Below are positions 52,893-63,518 of a stretch of DNA of 64,000 nucleotides, piece by piece (within the stretch, counting starts at the first letter, position 1; the number at the start of each line of letters is the position of its first letter). Made by a program: the position numbers and the translations under genes. The notes below the pieces were generated by a model. That model was not told the origin of the DNA. It ran no database searches and saw only the letters and a program-made list of their open reading frames with translations. This DNA is from an uncultured delta proteobacterium (GTDB lineage Bacteria > Myxococcota > Myxococcia > SLRQ01), in contig CAVSGM010000003.1 of the NCBI GenBank assembly GCA_963727485.1, forward strand, positions 544,001 to 608,000, written 5' to 3'.

Positions 52893-53939
52893 CTACTGGC
52901 CGTTGTCCGGCGGGGCCTCGGCGCCGGGGGTGCCGCCGTCGGGGTGCTCCGCGGCCTTCCTGGCCTCCTCGGCGGCGTAGGGCGGCCACCAGCCCATGGG
53001 ATTGATGATCGCCTTGGGCCGGTCCTCGAGGGGCCGGTGCTCGGGGACGTCGATGGGGTGGGGCGCGCCGATGCCGGTGAGGTTCCGGGTGCTCTCGAAG
53101 TGGAGCGTCGCGGCGCCGCCGCTGTCCTTCCCCGGGGGCACGGCGATCTCGGCCCGGAGGTCGAAGTGGGTGACCACGCCGGTGTTCTGGTCGACCCAGA
53201 TCTCCCCGGAGGCCATCTCGGGCTTGCCGCGCTTCCACACCGCCTCGCGGTGGACCAGGGTCTCGTCGGGCCCGCCCTTGGGGTAGACCGGCGGCCGCGC
53301 CCAGGGGGGCTTCGGCGGCGGGGCCACCGCGGGGTCGGCCTTCGGCGCCAGCGCCACCGCGTAGCGGACCACCGGGCGGCCGTCCTCGGTGCCGGTGCCC
53401 ACCTTGGCCAGCGCCAGCCGGTCGTGGATGAGCCTGAGCCACACCGGGAGCTGCGCCAGGGCCGCCTGCCGCCACTTCTCGTACTCGGCCTCGTCGGAGC
53501 GCCGCTCCAGGAACTTCCCGTGGCGGTTCTTCACGTAGGCGATGCGGTTCACCCAGCGAAGCTCCATCCCGAAGTCGTGGTCGTTGTCCACCGAGGTGCG
53601 GAAGTCGCCGCCGCGCGCCTGGTCGAGGGTGGCGGTCTCCTTGAGGGCCACCTGGTCGTCGCCGTGGGTCCAGGTGAAGGAGGTCCTGGTGACCGCGACG
53701 TAGCTCCCCAGGCGGTAGCGCATCTCGGCGGCGGGCATCCGGAGGATGTCGTGGCGGACCTTGGCGTCGCTGGCCAGCGCCCCGGCGTCGAGGGCCTTCT
53801 TGGCCTCGCGCTCGGCCTTGGGCGGCTCCTGGGGCGAGAAGATCCGCGCCTTGGCCCGGGCGTCGGCGGCGGTGGGGCAGGAGCCGAAGCAGCCGGGGAG
53901 GGCGGAGATGAGGACGAGGAGGAGGGTTGAGCGTCGCAT
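52893..53939 (-). CDS. hypothetical lipoprotein
   Basis: MRRSTLLLVLISALPGC lipobox; beta-strand-rich body. Confidence 0.7.
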   Translation of the reverse strand: MRRSTLLLVLISALPGCFGSCPTAADARAKARIFSPQEPPKAEREAKKALDAGALASDAKVRHDILRMPAAEMRYRLGSYVAVTRTSFTWTHGDDQVALKETATLDQARGGDFRTSVDNDHDFGMELRWVNRIAYVKNRHGKFLERRSDEAEYEKWRQAALAQLPVWLRLIHDRLALAKVGTGTEDGRPVVRYAVALAPKADPAVAPPPKPPWARPPVYPKGGPDETLVHREAVWKRGKPEMASGEIWVDQNTGVVTHFDLRAEIAVPPGKDSGGAATLHFESTRNLTGIGAPHPIDVPEHRPLEDRPKAIINPMGWWPPYAAEEARKAAEHPDGGTPGAEAPPDNGQ

Positions 53940-53959
53940 GGTGCGGGAGATGGACCCTA

Positions 53960-56188
53960 CTACAAGAGCGGCGTGAGCGACTTGCCGGTCAGAAGCTGGA
54001 AGACCGCCGGGATCCCCAGGAGCAGCGCCGGCACCAGGGCGAAGAGCTCGGCCCGGCCGCCGAGCATGTCGAGGAGCGCCAGGGTGAGCAGGGCGGCGGC
54101 CCCGAGGAGGATGGCCCCGACCATGCGCCCCACCTGCCGCGGCCCCGACTCGGCGTGGGCGGGCCGCACCCCGGCGACGTAGGCCATCCACACCGCCAGG
54201 AGGTAGAAGGGCACGAGCGCCACCAGGTCCGCGTGGGTCCCGAGGTCGACCGAGAGCCGGTGGCCGATGCCCTGGGTCCAGGCGAGCGCCGACGCGAGCC
54301 AGGGGAGGGTGTGCCCGTCGCCGAGGCCCGCGAGGTAGACGAGCAGCGCCACCGCCACCCCCGCCAGGGCCCCGCCGGCGATGAGCCCCGAGCCCGCGAG
54401 CACCCCGGCCTCGCGCTGGGCCTGCCGGCTCTCGCCGGTGAAGGCCTTCTCCACCACCAGGCGGATGAGGCCGCCGACCATGATCGGCGTGGAGAGCTCC
54501 AGGGGCAGGTAGAGGCCCACGGCGAGCGCCAGGGTGGGCAGGCCGAGCATCTCCACCACCGCGGCGATGAACACCCCGGTGAGCACCAGCGCCCAGGGCA
54601 GCTTGCCCCCGAGGACCCCCTCGATGACCAGCTTCATCAACGTGGCCTGGGGGGCCGGGAGCTGGCCGGGGCCCGCGCCGAAGCCGTAGGTCTTGGCCAG
54701 CACCAGGAGCACCCCGCCCATGACCATGGCGCTGGTGGCCACGCCCACCAGCTCGCCGATCTGCTGGCTTCTGGGGGTGGCGCCGAGGAGGAAGCCGGTC
54801 TTGAGGTCCTGGGAGGTGTCGCCGGCGATGGCGGCGGCGACGCAGACGATGCCGCCGATGATGAGCACCGGGACCTTGGACTCGAGGCCGTGACCCATGG
54901 CCACGAACACCAGCGCCGCGAGGAGGATGGTGGCGATGGTCATCCCCGAGACCGGGTTCGAGGAGCTGCCCACCAGGCCCACGATCCGGCTGGAGACGGT
55001 GACGAAGAAGAAGGCGGCGATGGTGACGATGATCGCCCCGAGGAGGCCCACCGGGACGAAGCGCTCGGGGAGCACCGCCATCACCACGATGAGGACCAGC
55101 AGGCCCAGGCCCACCGAGCGCATGGTGAGGTCGCGCTGGGTGCGGCCGCCTGCCTGCTCCCCGGCGTCCTTCATGCCCCCGACCCCGGCGCGGAAGCTCT
55201 GCCAGATGGTGGGCAGGCTCTTGATGAGGGTGAACACCCCGCCGAAGGCCACGGCGCCGGCGCCGATGTAGCGCACGTACCGGCTCCAGATCTCGGCCGG
55301 CCCCATGTTGCGGATGAGCTGCACCGTCTCCGGGTACACCGGGGCGGTGAGCCCGGCGCCGAACAGCTTGATGAGCGGGATGAGCACCAGCCACCCGAGC
55401 ACGCCGCCGGCGAGCATCAGCGCCGCGATCCGTGGGCCGATGATGTAGCCGACGCCGAGGAGCTCGGGGGTGACCTCCATGCCCACCTCGGCCCCGGGGA
55501 GGAAGCCGAGCTTCGCCGACGGGTTCTCCTTCCACAGGCCGAAGAGGCGGCCATTCATCAGGAGCATGTAGAGGCCGCCGAGGCCCAGCCCCCCGAAGAG
55601 GAGCTGGGCCCGGCCGCCGCCGGTCTCGCCGGAGACCAGGACCTCGGCGCAGGCGGTGCCCTCGGGGTAGGGCAGGCGCCCGTGCTCCTTGACGATGAGG
55701 AAGCGCCGCAGCGGGATCATGAACAGCACCCCGAGGCCGCCGCCGATGAGGGCGAGGCAGGCGATCTCGAAGTGCTTCGGCGCCACCCCCCACATGAACA
55801 GCGCCGGGAAGGTGAAGATCACGCCCGCGGCCAGCGACTCCCCGGCGGAGCCGATGGTCTGGATGATGTTGCCCTCGAGGATGGTCCCGGAGCGCACCAG
55901 CCGGAAGAAGGCGAGGCCCATGACCGCCGCGGGGATCGAGGCGCTCACCGTGAGCCCGACCTTCAGCCCCAGGTAGGCGTTGGCGGCGCCGAAGACGATG
56001 CCGACGATCACGCCGAAGACCACCGACTTCACGGTGAGCTCGGGGATGGTCTTCGCGCCCGGGACGTAGGGCGGGTACTCGGCCCCGTCCACCTCCTCGT
56101 AGGCGAGGGGCGAGAGCCCCTTGGGCGTGGGCCCGGTCTCGGCGGGCACCTGGGCCCGCCCCTCTCCCTGCGTCGGCTTCCCGGCCAT
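53960..56188 (-). CDS. OPT-family oligopeptide transporter
   Basis: [62 protein letters not shown]. Confidence 0.96.
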   Translation of the reverse strand: MAGKPTQGEGRAQVPAETGPTPKGLSPLAYEEVDGAEYPPYVPGAKTIPELTVKSVVFGVIVGIVFGAANAYLGLKVGLTVSASIPAAVMGLAFFRLVRSGTILEGNIIQTIGSAGESLAAGVIFTFPALFMWGVAPKHFEIACLALIGGGLGVLFMIPLRRFLIVKEHGRLPYPEGTACAEVLVSGETGGGRAQLLFGGLGLGGLYMLLMNGRLFGLWKENPSAKLGFLPGAEVGMEVTPELLGVGYIIGPRIAALMLAGGVLGWLVLIPLIKLFGAGLTAPVYPETVQLIRNMGPAEIWSRYVRYIGAGAVAFGGVFTLIKSLPTIWQSFRAGVGGMKDAGEQAGGRTQRDLTMRSVGLGLLVLIVVMAVLPERFVPVGLLGAIIVTIAAFFFVTVSSRIVGLVGSSSNPVSGMTIATILLAALVFVAMGHGLESKVPVLIIGGIVCVAAAIAGDTSQDLKTGFLLGATPRSQQIGELVGVATSAMVMGGVLLVLAKTYGFGAGPGQLPAPQATLMKLVIEGVLGGKLPWALVLTGVFIAAVVEMLGLPTLALAVGLYLPLELSTPIMVGGLIRLVVEKAFTGESRQAQREAGVLAGSGLIAGGALAGVAVALLVYLAGLGDGHTLPWLASALAWTQGIGHRLSVDLGTHADLVALVPFYLLAVWMAYVAGVRPAHAESGPRQVGRMVGAILLGAAALLTLALLDMLGGRAELFALVPALLLGIPAVFQLLTGKSLTPLL

Positions 56189-56236
56189 CCCGGGCCTCTA
56201 CCATCCGAAGCCACGGGGATCTAGCCTGGGACCGCC

Positions 56237-57133
56237 ATGGCCGAGCCCTTCGACGCGTCCCACCTGACCCACGGCGAGGCCGACGTCGGCGACGGGGTGC
56301 GCCTCCACTACGTCTCCGCCGGCGAGGGGCCCCTGGTCCTGCTCCTCCACGGGTTCCCCGAGAGCTGGTACGCGTGGCGGCACCGAATCCCGGCGCTCGC
56401 CGCCGCGGGCCTGCGGGTCGTGGCCCCGGACCTGCGGGGCTACGGCACCTCGGACAAGCCGCGGCGGGTGCGCGACTACGCCCCGGAGATCCTGGCCCGG
56501 GACGTGGCCCGCCTGGTCCACGCCCTCGGCGCCGAGCGGGCGGCGGTGGTGGGCCACGACTGGGGCGGTGGCGTGGCCTGGCTGGCGGCGATGCAGCACC
56601 CCGAGGAGGTCGAGCGCCTCGCGGTCCTCAACTGCCCCCACCCGGGGCGGCTGCTGCGCGCCCTCACCGACCCGGCCCAGCTCCGGCGCAGCTGGTACAT
56701 GTTCTTCTTCCAGCTCCCGGGGCTGCCCGAGCGCCTGCTCCGGGCCCGGGGCCACGCGGCCATCCGCCGGATCCTCCTGCGCGAGGCCACCCACCCCGAG
56801 GCCTTCACCCCCGAGGACATCGAGCGCTACGTCGAGGCGGCGGCCCGCCCCGGGGCGCTCACCGGCGGCGTCAACTACTACCGGGCCATCCTCCGGACGA
56901 ACCCCTGGCGGCTCCAGCGGACCTTCCGCCCGGTGGTGGCGCCGACCCTGGTCATCTGGGGCGAGCGCGACTCGGCGCTGGGGCCCGAGCTCGCCGAGCC
57001 CGACCCGGGGTGGGTGAGGGATCTGTGGGTGGAGCGGATCCCCGAGGCGGCCCACTTCGTCCAGGCCGACGCCCCGGACCGGGTGAATGCCCTCCTCCTC
57101 GACTTCCTCGGGGGCGCCCCTCCCAATCGGTAG
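56237..57133 (+). CDS. alpha/beta hydrolase, epoxide-hydrolase-like
   Basis: HGFPE; GHDWGG; SWYMFFFQ; NYYRA; WGERD; AAHF. Confidence 0.93.
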   Translation: MAEPFDASHLTHGEADVGDGVRLHYVSAGEGPLVLLLHGFPESWYAWRHRIPALAAAGLRVVAPDLRGYGTSDKPRRVRDYAPEILARDVARLVHALGAERAAVVGHDWGGGVAWLAAMQHPEEVERLAVLNCPHPGRLLRALTDPAQLRRSWYMFFFQLPGLPERLLRARGHAAIRRILLREATHPEAFTPEDIERYVEAAARPGALTGGVNYYRAILRTNPWRLQRTFRPVVAPTLVIWGERDSALGPELAEPDPGWVRDLWVERIPEAAHFVQADAPDRVNALLLDFLGGAPPNR

Positions 57134-57202
57134 CTTGCCCGTTTCCTTCATCAGGCGCAGACTTGCGCGCTACCCGGGCGTCCGGAGTGTGCTTGGGGGA
57201 AA

Positions 57203-58343
57203 ATGCCCATGATCGGGATCGACTACGGGACCAGCACCACGGAGGTCGCCCTCTGCGAGGGGCCCACGCCTCGCCTCCTCGCCGACTCGGAGGGCCGGGA
57301 GACCATGCCCTCGGTGGTCGCCTACCTGCCCCGGGGCCAGCGCCTGGTGGGGACGGCCGCGGAGGCCCGGCGTCTCATCGATCCCGCCAACACCCTCCAC
57401 TCCGTCAAGCGCATCATCGGCCTCAAGTGGTTCGACCAGACCGTGGCCGAGTTCCGGGACGGCCACGCCTTCGACATGGAGGCCGGGGACGACGGGCTGC
57501 CGCGCTTCGTCACCCGGGAGGGCAAGCTCTCCGCCACCCAGGTCGCCAGCCACCTCCTCGAGACCCTCCGCGCCGATCCGCGGCTCCCGAAGACCGAGCA
57601 GGTCATCGTCACCGCCCCGCCGTCCTTCGAGCGGGAGCAGCGGATGGCGGTCACCGTGGCGGCGATCAAGGCGGGGTTCGAGCGGGTCAACGTCATCGAC
57701 GAGCCCTACGCCGCGGTGCTCCCCTACCTCGGCCGGGGGGGCGATCGCCGGACCGTCGCCGTCTACGACCTCGGCGGGGGCACCTTCGACATCGCGGTGA
57801 TGCGGGTCAGCGGCCTGTCCCACCAGAATCCTCGCCTCCGGCGGCGACCCCTACCTCGGGGGCGACGACCTCGACCGGGTGCTCGCGGAGCTGGTGAACC
57901 GGAAGGTCCTGGAGCAGCACCAGTGGGACGTGCGCACCAGCCGCGAGGCCTGGCACGCCCTCCTCGGGTCCGCCCGCCAGGCCAAGGAGCGCCTGTCCCG
58001 GATCACCGAGACCCGGATCCCCCTGGCCCTGGTGGAGCCGGTCCTCGCGGGCAAGGACGTGACCGTCACCCAGGACAATCTCCACCAGGCGATCCACGAG
58101 CTCATCCAACGCACCTTCGCCATCTGCGACGACGTCCTCCTCCAGGCGGGGGTGGTGGCCCAGCAGATCGACCAGGTGATCCTCGCCGGGGGCAGCACCT
58201 ACCTGCCGGCGATCCGCCAGGGGGTGGAGCTCTACTTCGGCAAGCCCCCCACCGCCACCGTCGCCCCGGACAAGGTGGTGGCCATGGGGGCGGCGATCTC
58301 CGCGGCGGTGCGGGGCAACGACCGGGCGCGCCAGGACGCCTGA
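57203..58343 (+). CDS. Hsp70-family ATPase, nucleotide-binding domain only (one frameshift near 57830)
   Basis: GIDYGTS; MPSVVAY; DEPYAA; YDLGGGTFD; LGGDDLD; AKERLS; LAGGST; VVAMGAA, then stop. Confidence 0.88.
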
Positions 58344-58434
58344 AGCGCGCCGGGGCCACGCCTCGGTCCGGCCGCCGACTCCGCGGCGCGAAAGGCGAGC
58401 CGTCCGCCCGCCGACCTGTGGTAGGAGGCCGGCG

Positions 58435-59214
58435 ATGACGCGCGTGTTCGAGACCCGGGACCCGGCCCGGCTCCGGGCCCTCCTCGGGCGCGACCCGGTC
58501 GCCGGGGCCTACCTCCTCGGGGACCTCGACCCCCGCTACCTGGGCGCCTGCCGGTTCTTCGTCGCCGAGGCCGGGGACGCCGCCGCGGTGGCCCTGGTCT
58601 ACCTGGGCCTCTCGGTCCCGGCGCTCCTCACCTTCGGTGACGCCGCCCTCGCCGCGGCCCTCCTCGCCGACCCGGCGGTGGCCCTCCCGGCGACCTGCCA
58701 CGTCCACCTGCCGGAGGCCCACCGGGAGGCGGTGGAGTCCCGCTACACCCTCGAGGCCGAGCGGCGGATGCTGCGCATGGCGCTGGCCCCCGGGGCCCTG
58801 CGCCCCCAGGCCGCCGACGGCCTCGTGGTGCGACCCCTGGCCTCCGCCGACGCCCCGCGCCTGGCGCCGGTCTACGCCGACTACCCGGGGCACTTCTACG
58901 AGCCCAGCCAGCTCGCCACCGGGGTCTACCTCGGGGGCTTCGAGGGTGAGCGGCTGGTGACCGTCGCCGGGACCCACGTCCACGCCCCGGGGGAGGGGGT
59001 CTGCGCCCTGGGGAACATCGTCACCGCCGCCGACCGCCGGGGGCGGGGCTACGCGGCGGCGGCGGTCTCGGCCCTGGTGGCGGCGGTGCGGCCGCCCTGC
59101 GAGGTGGTGGTCCTCAACGTCCGGGAGGCCAACGCCCCGGCCCGGGCCTGCTACCGCCGGGTGGGGTTCGAGGCCGTCTTCCCCTACCTCGAGGGGCGGG
59201 CAACCCGCCGGTAG
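58435..59214 (+). CDS. GNAT-family acetyltransferase
   Basis: GNIVTAADRRGRGYA; NAPARACYRRVGF. Confidence 0.88.
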   Translation: MTRVFETRDPARLRALLGRDPVAGAYLLGDLDPRYLGACRFFVAEAGDAAAVALVYLGLSVPALLTFGDAALAAALLADPAVALPATCHVHLPEAHREAVESRYTLEAERRMLRMALAPGALRPQAADGLVVRPLASADAPRLAPVYADYPGHFYEPSQLATGVYLGGFEGERLVTVAGTHVHAPGEGVCALGNIVTAADRRGRGYAAAAVSALVAAVRPPCEVVVLNVREANAPARACYRRVGFEAVFPYLEGRATRR

Positions 59215-59266
59215 GCCGGGGCCCCGCTTTCCGCGGCGGCCCCGGGCGGCGTAGGCTGGATCCGGG

Positions 59267-60814
59267 ATGCATGGTTGGGACGAGCTGCTCACCCTGCGGG
59301 TCGTCCGTCGCCTCGGGGAGATCGTGAACCGGCGATGGGGCCTCGCGGTGGGCGTGGTGGACGCCGCGGGCCAGCCGGTGGCCAGCGGGGCCTTCGAGGT
59401 GCCCAGGCCCCTGTGCGACCTCCTCCGGGCCCACCCCGCCGGGGGCCCCTCCTGCGGGAGCACCCCGGCGCTCCTGGTCGAGCTCCTCCAGCGGCGCGAG
59501 GACGCCGAGGACCCGGCGCCGGTGGTCTGGCGCTGCCACGCCGGGCTCACGGTGGTGGCGGCGCCGATCCGCGTCGACGGCGAGCTCCTCGGGGCGGTCT
59601 ACGCCGCCGGCGCGCTCTCTGCCGAGGAGGGCGAGGCCGCGCGGGCGGCCGTGACCGACGACGTCGCCCGCTTCGGCCTCCCGGTGGCGCAGGTGGAGGC
59701 GGCGGTGGCGGCGACCCCGGCGCTCACCGCCGAGGCCCGGGACTACCTGCGGGAGCTGGTGGCCCTGGTGGTCCGGGAGATCCTCGAGTACCGCGCCGAG
59801 GCGGCGCGCCGGGCCCGGACCCTGGCCGCGGCCACCGGCCCCAGGCGCCCGGGCTTCGAGGCCCTGGTGGGCCACAGCGACGCCATGCACCGGCTCTTCG
59901 CCCTGGTGGAGAAGGTCAGCCGCGCCGACACCACGGTGCTGGTCACCGGGGAGAACGGCACCGGCAAGGAGCTGGTGGCCCGGGCGATCCACGACAACGG
60001 GCCCCGGGCGCTGGGGCCCTTCGTGGTCCTCAACTGCTCGGCCCTGGCGCCGACCCTCCTGGAGAGCGAGCTCTTCGGCCACCGCAAGGGGAGCTTCACC
60101 GGCGCCGTCGCCGACAAGAAGGGCCTCTTCGAGGTCGCCGACGGGGGCACCCTCTTCCTCGACGAGATCGGCGACACGCCGCCGAGCCTCCAGGTGCGCC
60201 TGCTGCGGGTGCTCCAGGAGGGCGTCTTGATGCCCGTGGGCGACACCCGGCCGGTGTCGGTGGACGTGCGCATCGTCGCCGCCACCCACCGGGACCTCGC
60301 GGAGCGGGTCGCCACCGGCGCCTTCCGCGAGGACCTCTTCTACCGCCTCAACGTCATCACCCTGCGCCTGCCGCCCCTGCGCGAGCGCCTCGAGGACCTG
60401 CCGGTGCTGGTGGACCACTTCCTCGAGGGCCACGCCGCCGGCGGCCGGGGGCGCAAGCGCCTCACCGAGCGGGCGCTCGGGCGCCTGAACGCCTACCCCT
60501 GGCCCGGGAACGTCCGGGAGCTCCAGAACGAGATCGAGCGGCTGGTGGTCCTCTCCGGCGACGAGGCGACCATCGACGAGCAGCTCCTCTCGCCGAGGAT
60601 CCGCGGCGCCGGGCGCGGTCGCCGCCGGAGCGCCGCGGGTCGGAGCCTCCCGGAGGCGGTGGCCGAGCTGGAGCGGCGGATGCTCGCCGAGGCCCTCGAG
60701 ACCCACCGGGGCAACCGCACCCGGGCGGCGCGGGCCCTGGGGATCTCCCGGCGCAACCTCATCCGCAAGATCCAGCGCTTCGACCTCGAGGGCGACGGGG
60801 AGACCGCCACGTGA
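59267..60814 (+). CDS. sigma54-dependent activator with PocR-like sensor domain
   Basis: LCDLL...SC...CHAGL..AAPI (PocR-like); GENGTGKE; ESELFGH.KGSFTGA; FLDEIG; WPGNVREL; Fis-type HTH. Confidence 0.93.
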   Translation: MHGWDELLTLRVVRRLGEIVNRRWGLAVGVVDAAGQPVASGAFEVPRPLCDLLRAHPAGGPSCGSTPALLVELLQRREDAEDPAPVVWRCHAGLTVVAAPIRVDGELLGAVYAAGALSAEEGEAARAAVTDDVARFGLPVAQVEAAVAATPALTAEARDYLRELVALVVREILEYRAEAARRARTLAAATGPRRPGFEALVGHSDAMHRLFALVEKVSRADTTVLVTGENGTGKELVARAIHDNGPRALGPFVVLNCSALAPTLLESELFGHRKGSFTGAVADKKGLFEVADGGTLFLDEIGDTPPSLQVRLLRVLQEGVLMPVGDTRPVSVDVRIVAATHRDLAERVATGAFREDLFYRLNVITLRLPPLRERLEDLPVLVDHFLEGHAAGGRGRKRLTERALGRLNAYPWPGNVRELQNEIERLVVLSGDEATIDEQLLSPRIRGAGRGRRRSAAGRSLPEAVAELERRMLAEALETHRGNRTRAARALGISRRNLIRKIQRFDLEGDGETAT

Positions 60815-61542
60815 GCGCCCCGGAGGCCGCCGCCGTCGGCGCCAAGTCGCCCGCCGGGCCGGGGGACGACGCCCGCCGGGCCCGCCTCCTCGAAGCCGAG
60901 CTGGCGGCCATCCCCCGGTGGTACAGCCCCTGGGGCCACCTGGCGGTGACCAGCGTCTTCGGCCTGGGGATGGTGGTGGCGAGCCTCCTGCTGCTGCGGG
61001 GGGCGACCCTCGACGCCTGGCTCACCGTGCCGGTGGCCTTCGTGGTCGCCAACGCCACCGAGTGGTGGGCCCACAAGCACCTCCTCCACCACCGCAGCCG
61101 CCTGGCCCCGGTGCTCTACGACCGGCACACCCCGGTGCACCACGTGATCTACGTGGACGGCGCCATGGCGATGCGCGGCTGGCAGGAGATGCGCCTGGTG
61201 CTCATCCCCGCCTACGGCATCCTGCTGGTGGCGCTGGGGACCCTGCCGGTGGCGGTGGGCCTGTGGTGGCTGGGGTGGCGCAACGTGGGGCTCCTGTGGC
61301 TCGCGACCACCGTGGGCTACGTGGTGCTCTACGAGTGGCTCCACCTCTGCTACCACCTCCCCGAGGGCCACCCCCTCGGGCGCCTGGGGATCCTCAGGCG
61401 CCTGGCCCGGCACCACTCGGTCCACCACGATCCCCGGAAGATGCAGCGGTACAACTTCAACGTCACCGTGCCGCTCTGGGACCTGGTCCGGGGCACCCTG
61501 GCCCCCGAGGACGCGCCGGCCGACGGGGACGAGGTGGTATGA
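60811..61542 (+). CDS. sterol desaturase / fatty-acid hydroxylase family protein
   Basis: His boxes EWWAHKHLLH, HTPVHH, EWLHLCYH, HHSVHH; NFNVT..WDLVRGT; GTGA overlap. Confidence 0.85.
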   Translation: MSAPEAAAVGAKSPAGPGDDARRARLLEAELAAIPRWYSPWGHLAVTSVFGLGMVVASLLLLRGATLDAWLTVPVAFVVANATEWWAHKHLLHHRSRLAPVLYDRHTPVHHVIYVDGAMAMRGWQEMRLVLIPAYGILLVALGTLPVAVGLWWLGWRNVGLLWLATTVGYVVLYEWLHLCYHLPEGHPLGRLGILRRLARHHSVHHDPRKMQRYNFNVTVPLWDLVRGTLAPEDAPADGDEVV

Positions 61543-61549
61543 TCCCCGC

Positions 61550-63091
61550 ATGATCCGTGGCCGCCTGCTGGTGCTCCTCGCGCCCCTGGCCGTCGTCGCC
61601 TGCGCGCCGGCGCCGACCACGCAGAAGGGCTTCGGCAAGGGGTTTCTCTTCGGGACCGCCACCGCGGGCTTCCAGGTGGACATGGGCTGCCCCACGCTCC
61701 CGGAAAGCGAGTGCGCCGACAAGAACTCCGACTGGTACGCCTTCGTCACCGACCCGGCGATGGTGGCCGACTCCGCCAACCACCTGGTGGGCCAGGACCC
61801 GGCGGTGGTGGGCCCCGGAGAGTGGGAGCTCTACGAGAGCGACTTCGACCTGGCGAAGAACCAGCTCCACGACAACGCCTTCCGGATGAGCCTCGAGTGG
61901 AGCCGCATCTTCCCCACCCCCACCGTGGGGGTGAGCGGCTACGACGCGCTGAAGCAGATCGCCAACCCCAAGGCCCTGGCCCACTACCACGCGGTCTTCG
62001 CCGCCCTGAAGGCCCGGGGCCTCACCCCCCTGGTGACCCTCAACCACTACACCCTGCCCCTGTGGATCCACGACGGCGTCGGCTGCCACACCGACTTCGC
62101 CCACTGCTCGCCGCGGGGCTGGCTCGACCACGACACCATCGTCCACGAGATCGCCAAGTACGCCGGCTTCGTGGCCCGGGAGTTCGGGGGCGAGGTGGAC
62201 CTGTGGGCGACCCTCAACGAGCCGTTCGCGGTGCTCCTCTCCGGCTACGTCGAGCCCTCGGCCCAGCGGACCAACCCCCCGGCGGTGTTCCTCCAGAGCG
62301 CCGCGGCGAAGCAGGTGTTCACCTCGATGATCGACGCCCACGCGGCGATGTACGACGCGGTGAAGGCGAACGACACCGTGGACGCCGACGGCGACGGGAC
62401 GGCGGCGAAGGTGGGCCTCGTCTACAACATGTCCCCGGTGGCCCCCGCCGACCCCAGCTCCAAGCTCGACCAGGAGGCGGCGCAGAACGTCTTCTACCTG
62501 TGGAACCTGGCGTTCCTCGACGCGGTGGCGAAGGGCGAGTACGACCCGACCCTCTCCAACCAGCCGACGCTGAAGCCGTCCCTCGCCGGGCGCATGGACT
62601 TCATCGGCATCAACTACTACGTGCGCATCGTCGTCGAGGGCACCCCCGAGGCGGCGCTCCCGGACCTCTCGCCCCTGAGCACCTTCAACCCGCTCAGCCT
62701 CAAGACCGACGTCTACCCCGAGGGGATCTACGACATGGTGAAGCTGGTCCACGACCGCTACCACCTGCCGTCGATCATCACCGAGAACGACGGGACCCAC
62801 GTCGCCGACGGGGACCTGAACGCGGAGATCTCCAACCAGGTCCAGGAGCTCCAGTGGCTCCAGAAGGCCCGGGAGGACGGGCTCGGGGTCCAGGGGTGGT
62901 TCTACTGGTCCCTGATGGACAACTACGAGTGGAACCACGGGATGGACATGCACTTCGGGCTCTACGCGGTGGATCCGGGCGATCCGCAGAAGACCCGGAC
63001 GCCCCGGGAGACGGTGCCCATCGTCGCGCGCATCGACGCCGCCGGCGAGGTCCCCGCGGACCTGGCGGCGAAGTACCCCATTTCCAGGTAG
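61550..63091 (+). CDS. glycoside hydrolase family 1, lipoprotein
   Basis: FLFGTATAGFQ; FRMSLEWSRI; TLNEP; GINYY; ITEND; WSLMDNYEW; lipobox VVAC. Confidence 0.93.
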   Translation: MIRGRLLVLLAPLAVVACAPAPTTQKGFGKGFLFGTATAGFQVDMGCPTLPESECADKNSDWYAFVTDPAMVADSANHLVGQDPAVVGPGEWELYESDFDLAKNQLHDNAFRMSLEWSRIFPTPTVGVSGYDALKQIANPKALAHYHAVFAALKARGLTPLVTLNHYTLPLWIHDGVGCHTDFAHCSPRGWLDHDTIVHEIAKYAGFVAREFGGEVDLWATLNEPFAVLLSGYVEPSAQRTNPPAVFLQSAAAKQVFTSMIDAHAAMYDAVKANDTVDADGDGTAAKVGLVYNMSPVAPADPSSKLDQEAAQNVFYLWNLAFLDAVAKGEYDPTLSNQPTLKPSLAGRMDFIGINYYVRIVVEGTPEAALPDLSPLSTFNPLSLKTDVYPEGIYDMVKLVHDRYHLPSIITENDGTHVADGDLNAEISNQVQELQWLQKAREDGLGVQGWFYWSLMDNYEWNHGMDMHFGLYAVDPGDPQKTRTPRETVPIVARIDAAGEVPADLAAKYPISR

Positions 63092-63143
63092 GCCCGGGCG
63101 CCTAGGTTCCCCTCGGCCGGCCCACGCCGGCGGGGAGGCGACC

Positions 63144-63518
63144 ATGCCCACGGATTTACAGGCGGTGGTGAAGCAGGCGGCCGAGGCCCTGGAGAAGACC
63201 GGCAACGCCCGGGCGGTCTTCGGCGACCCGGTGAAGCTCGACACCCGGACCATCGTCCCGGTGGCGGCGGTGCTCACCAACCTCGGGATTGGGGGCGGCC
63301 AGGCGACGATCCTCGGGATTGGGGGTGGCGGGGGCCTCAACCTCCGGGTGGTGCCGCTGGGCTACGTCCACGAGACCGACGAGGGCATCGCCTTCACCCG
63401 CATCGAGATCCCCGAGCTCGACAAGCTCCTCGAGGCCGAGGAGCAGCGCGGGCGCCGGGGGGGCGACGGCAAGCGCAAGGGCCTCACCGATCAGCTCCGC
63501 AGCCGCATCGGCCGCTAG
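63144..63518 (+). CDS. YtfJ/GerW-family protein
   Basis: AVFGDPV..RTIVPVA..GIGGGGG..VVPLGYV. Confidence 0.75.
   Translation: MPTDLQAVVKQAAEALEKTGNARAVFGDPVKLDTRTIVPVAAVLTNLGIGGGQATILGIGGGGGLNLRVVPLGYVHETDEGIAFTRIEIPELDKLLEAEEQRGRRGGDGKRKGLTDQLRSRIGR

Noticed and set aside
57152..57168. Possible sigma54 promoter AGGCGCAGACTTGC
   Set aside because: GG-to-GC spacing is 9 nt rather than the required 10
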